A stretch of 32,000 nt of DNA from Candidatus Nitrosopumilus koreensis AR1 (lineage in GTDB: Archaea > Thermoproteota > Nitrososphaeria > Nitrososphaerales > Nitrosopumilaceae). The first letter of the stretch is position 1. Each line of letters begins with the position of its first letter. The notes beneath the pieces are model-generated. The model did no database searches. It saw nothing but the letters and a program-made list of their open reading frames with translations, and had not been told where the DNA came from. Below are positions 30,455-32,000 of the stretch, one piece after another. The translations under genes were made by a program, and so were the position numbers. The stretch is from positions 900,001 to 932,000 of the forward strand of contig NC_018655.1 of the NCBI RefSeq assembly GCF_000299365.1, written 5' to 3'.

Positions 30455-31666
30455 TTATTTTTTTGCAGCACTGACTAGAGACACAACATCTCTATCTCTT
30501 AGTTGATAGTCAACAGGTAGTCTAAGATTATATCTCAAATCTTTGCCATAAAGCAATCCTTTTGTCAAGTCAGTATGAATCTCCTTTGCAAGATCATTAA
30601 TTGTTGCCCCATCTTTAAGTAAAATCAAGTCAGGTAGAATCCGTCCTTTTTTATCAGCAAGTTTTGTTTCATCAGCAACGGGATATATTGAATTCATTTT
30701 AAGCAGTTTGAAGACGGCAACATTGATTGCAAATTGAACACCTGTACGCATGTATTCGCCCATGATTCCCTTTTTGATAAAATTCAAAGCGTTGATTTGC
30801 TTTTCATTTAATTCATCAGATTTTAGTATCTCAAATTGTTCAGAGCCAGGAGAATATTTTATCAATCCCTTTTGTTCAGCACGTCGAAGACTAAACTCAC
30901 TATCACCACTTACAGGTATCACAATCGAGTCATTGTAACGTTCTCTCAGCCTAACAAAATTTTTGTCTGCCCCTTCAACATCTATTTTATTTGCAACAAT
31001 CAAAGTAGGTTTTGAAATTTTTCTCAGATAAGACGCAAATTTTTTACTATCAACCATGTCAAACTCATTAAAATTTTTTTCTTCAAGACCAGTTGCAACA
31101 AGAGATTCTTTCACATGAGATTTTTTTACACCTATCCCACGATAAAGATCAGTAACAGCATCAACGAATTCTGAACCAGAATTAATTAATTTTGAAATTT
31201 TTTCACGATTTCCTTCAAGAATTTTATGATACCACATGATTAATTCTTCTTCAATGTCCGCAAAATCAGAAATAGGATCGCCAGTACCAACCTCGGTAAT
31301 CTTTCCAGTAGAATCAACACCACCAGAAGCATCTACGACATGTAACAACGCATCAGATTGAGCGGCAATAGAAAGAAATTGATTTCCCAGTCCTTTTCCT
31401 TTCCATGCATCTTTGATTAATCCAGGAAGATCAATTAACTCAATTGGAATATATCTCCAGCCATCAACACATTTAGAATTATTTGGATTGTCTTGGATTT
31501 TAAATTCAGGATGAACACAAAGAGTAATTGCATTTGCCACACCAGATACAGGGGATTTTGTTGTAAATGGATATGATGAAATTTCTTCAGAAGACAATGT
31601 TGCAGAATTAAAGAAAGTTGTCTTACCAGTATTGGTTTTACCGATTAGTCCAAGTTTGATTGGCAT
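30455..31666 (-). CDS. Obg-family P-loop NTPase (YchF/OLA1/DRG-like) with a C-terminal TGS domain
   Basis: 403 aa with G1 GKTNTGKTT, G3 DLPGL and G4 NKID. The C-terminal segment ...LKDGATINDLAKEIHTDL...LRDRDVVSLV is TGS-like. TATA ATAAATAT lies ~28 nt before the ATG. Confidence 0.85.
   Translation of the reverse strand: MPIKLGLIGKTNTGKTTFFNSATLSSEEISSYPFTTKSPVSGVANAITLCVHPEFKIQDNPNNSKCVDGWRYIPIELIDLPGLIKDAWKGKGLGNQFLSIAAQSDALLHVVDASGGVDSTGKITEVGTGDPISDFADIEEELIMWYHKILEGNREKISKLINSGSEFVDAVTDLYRGIGVKKSHVKESLVATGLEEKNFNEFDMVDSKKFASYLRKISKPTLIVANKIDVEGADKNFVRLRERYNDSIVIPVSGDSEFSLRRAEQKGLIKYSPGSEQFEILKSDELNEKQINALNFIKKGIMGEYMRTGVQFAINVAVFKLLKMNSIYPVADETKLADKKGRILPDLILLKDGATINDLAKEIHTDLTKGLLYGKDLRYNLRLPVDYQLRDRDVVSLVSAAKK
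30458..30464 (+). terminator. Oligo-T tract (T7) 3 nt after the stop of the 60-aa zinc-ribbon gene
   Basis: TGATTATTTTTTTGC. The tract lies within the last codons of the convergent GTPase gene. Confidence 0.3.
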
Positions 31667-31700
31667 ACAATAATTTTCATTTGTGAATATTTATCTCTGC

Positions 31701-31931
31701 CTAGGAATGATCATTGTTTTTGTTTTTAATTTTTTCAAGGGTCTGAGTTAGTTCTTTAATTGCCCATTCAATATCAGATAAATCCTCATTAGAAAGAGAG
31801 TCCTTCCATTTTTCTAAAACACTAGTTGCAATTTCTGAACAATTATACAATAAATTCCAGTAAGGATGATGTTCTGCAGTAGTGTAGGATAATTCAGTTA
31901 CATCGATTAAACCGTTTTTTGCTCTTGCCAA
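31701..31931 (-). CDS. Hypothetical protein, at least 76 aa; the reading frame stays open to the right window edge, so the gene may start beyond position 32000
   Basis: The track start is a TTG at 31931. My translation of 31932-32000 in the same frame (TPLKIETDLENDIIKIFGEKITS) has no stop. I recognised no family. Confidence 0.4.
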   Translation of the reverse strand: MARAKNGLIDVTELSYTTAEHHPYWNLLYNCSEIATSVLEKWKDSLSNEDLSDIEWAIKELTQTLEKIKNKNNDHS

Positions 31932-32000
31932 AGAGGTAATTTTTTCTCCAAATATTTTGATAATATCATTTTCAAGATCTGTTTCAATTTTTAATGGAGT

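Noticed and set aside
1-32000. Search for tRNA, rRNA, CRISPR arrays, integrases/transposases and prophage or island boundaries.
   Set aside because: All intergenic spacers are 230 nt or shorter and uniformly AT-rich, with no GC-rich structured-RNA-like segments. There are no regularly spaced direct repeats and no recognisable recombinase genes.

Overview
The window is AT-rich (roughly one-third GC by eye) and densely coding. I saw no rRNA, tRNA, CRISPR array or transposase. Several things point to a marine ammonia-oxidising thaumarchaeon (Nitrosopumilus-like), which is an inference and not a database result. These are the archaeal-type NMN adenylyltransferase, an Nre-type repair protein, a stand-alone methylmalonyl-CoA mutase B12 subunit, and TATA-like boxes about 27 nt before start codons (leaderless-style promoters).

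I call about 29 protein genes.
- **Housekeeping:** a partial M1 aminopeptidase that is missing from the ORF track, the MCM small subunit, ilvC, NMNAT, metG, ahcY, a Rieske ferredoxin, nadE, cysS, an MscS channel and a YchF/Obg-like GTPase.
- **Accessory:** a 2433-aa acidic surface protein with eight tandem repeats of about 125-150 aa, a 703-aa secreted protein with seven PKD/Ig-like repeats, and a 297-aa secreted protein. The 297-aa protein shares a WVKxxAxWW module with the giant protein.
- **Small zinc-ribbon ORFs:** three, two of them below the track cutoff.

The most interesting signals are these.
1. The gene at 29269..30111 has the CarH/LitR photoreceptor signature (Wx9EH plus ExHxxG). 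Its N-terminal domain is not MerR-like.
2. An 11-nt box, TTRNCACTAG(A/T), occurs nine times, always in intergenic DNA. It points at a gene start and lies 17-19 nt upstream of a TATA box at six promoters. These include the photoreceptor-like gene itself, a T4-endoV-like pyrimidine-dimer glycosylase, and a spacer shared with a DUF1722 (photolyase-associated family) gene. Together these suggest an undescribed cobalamin/light-linked regulon.
3. A conserved archaeal ORF is split in a +1 relation at an A7 tract, immediately upstream of mscS.

Functional calls rest on motif recognition in my own reading of the translations. No searches were run.
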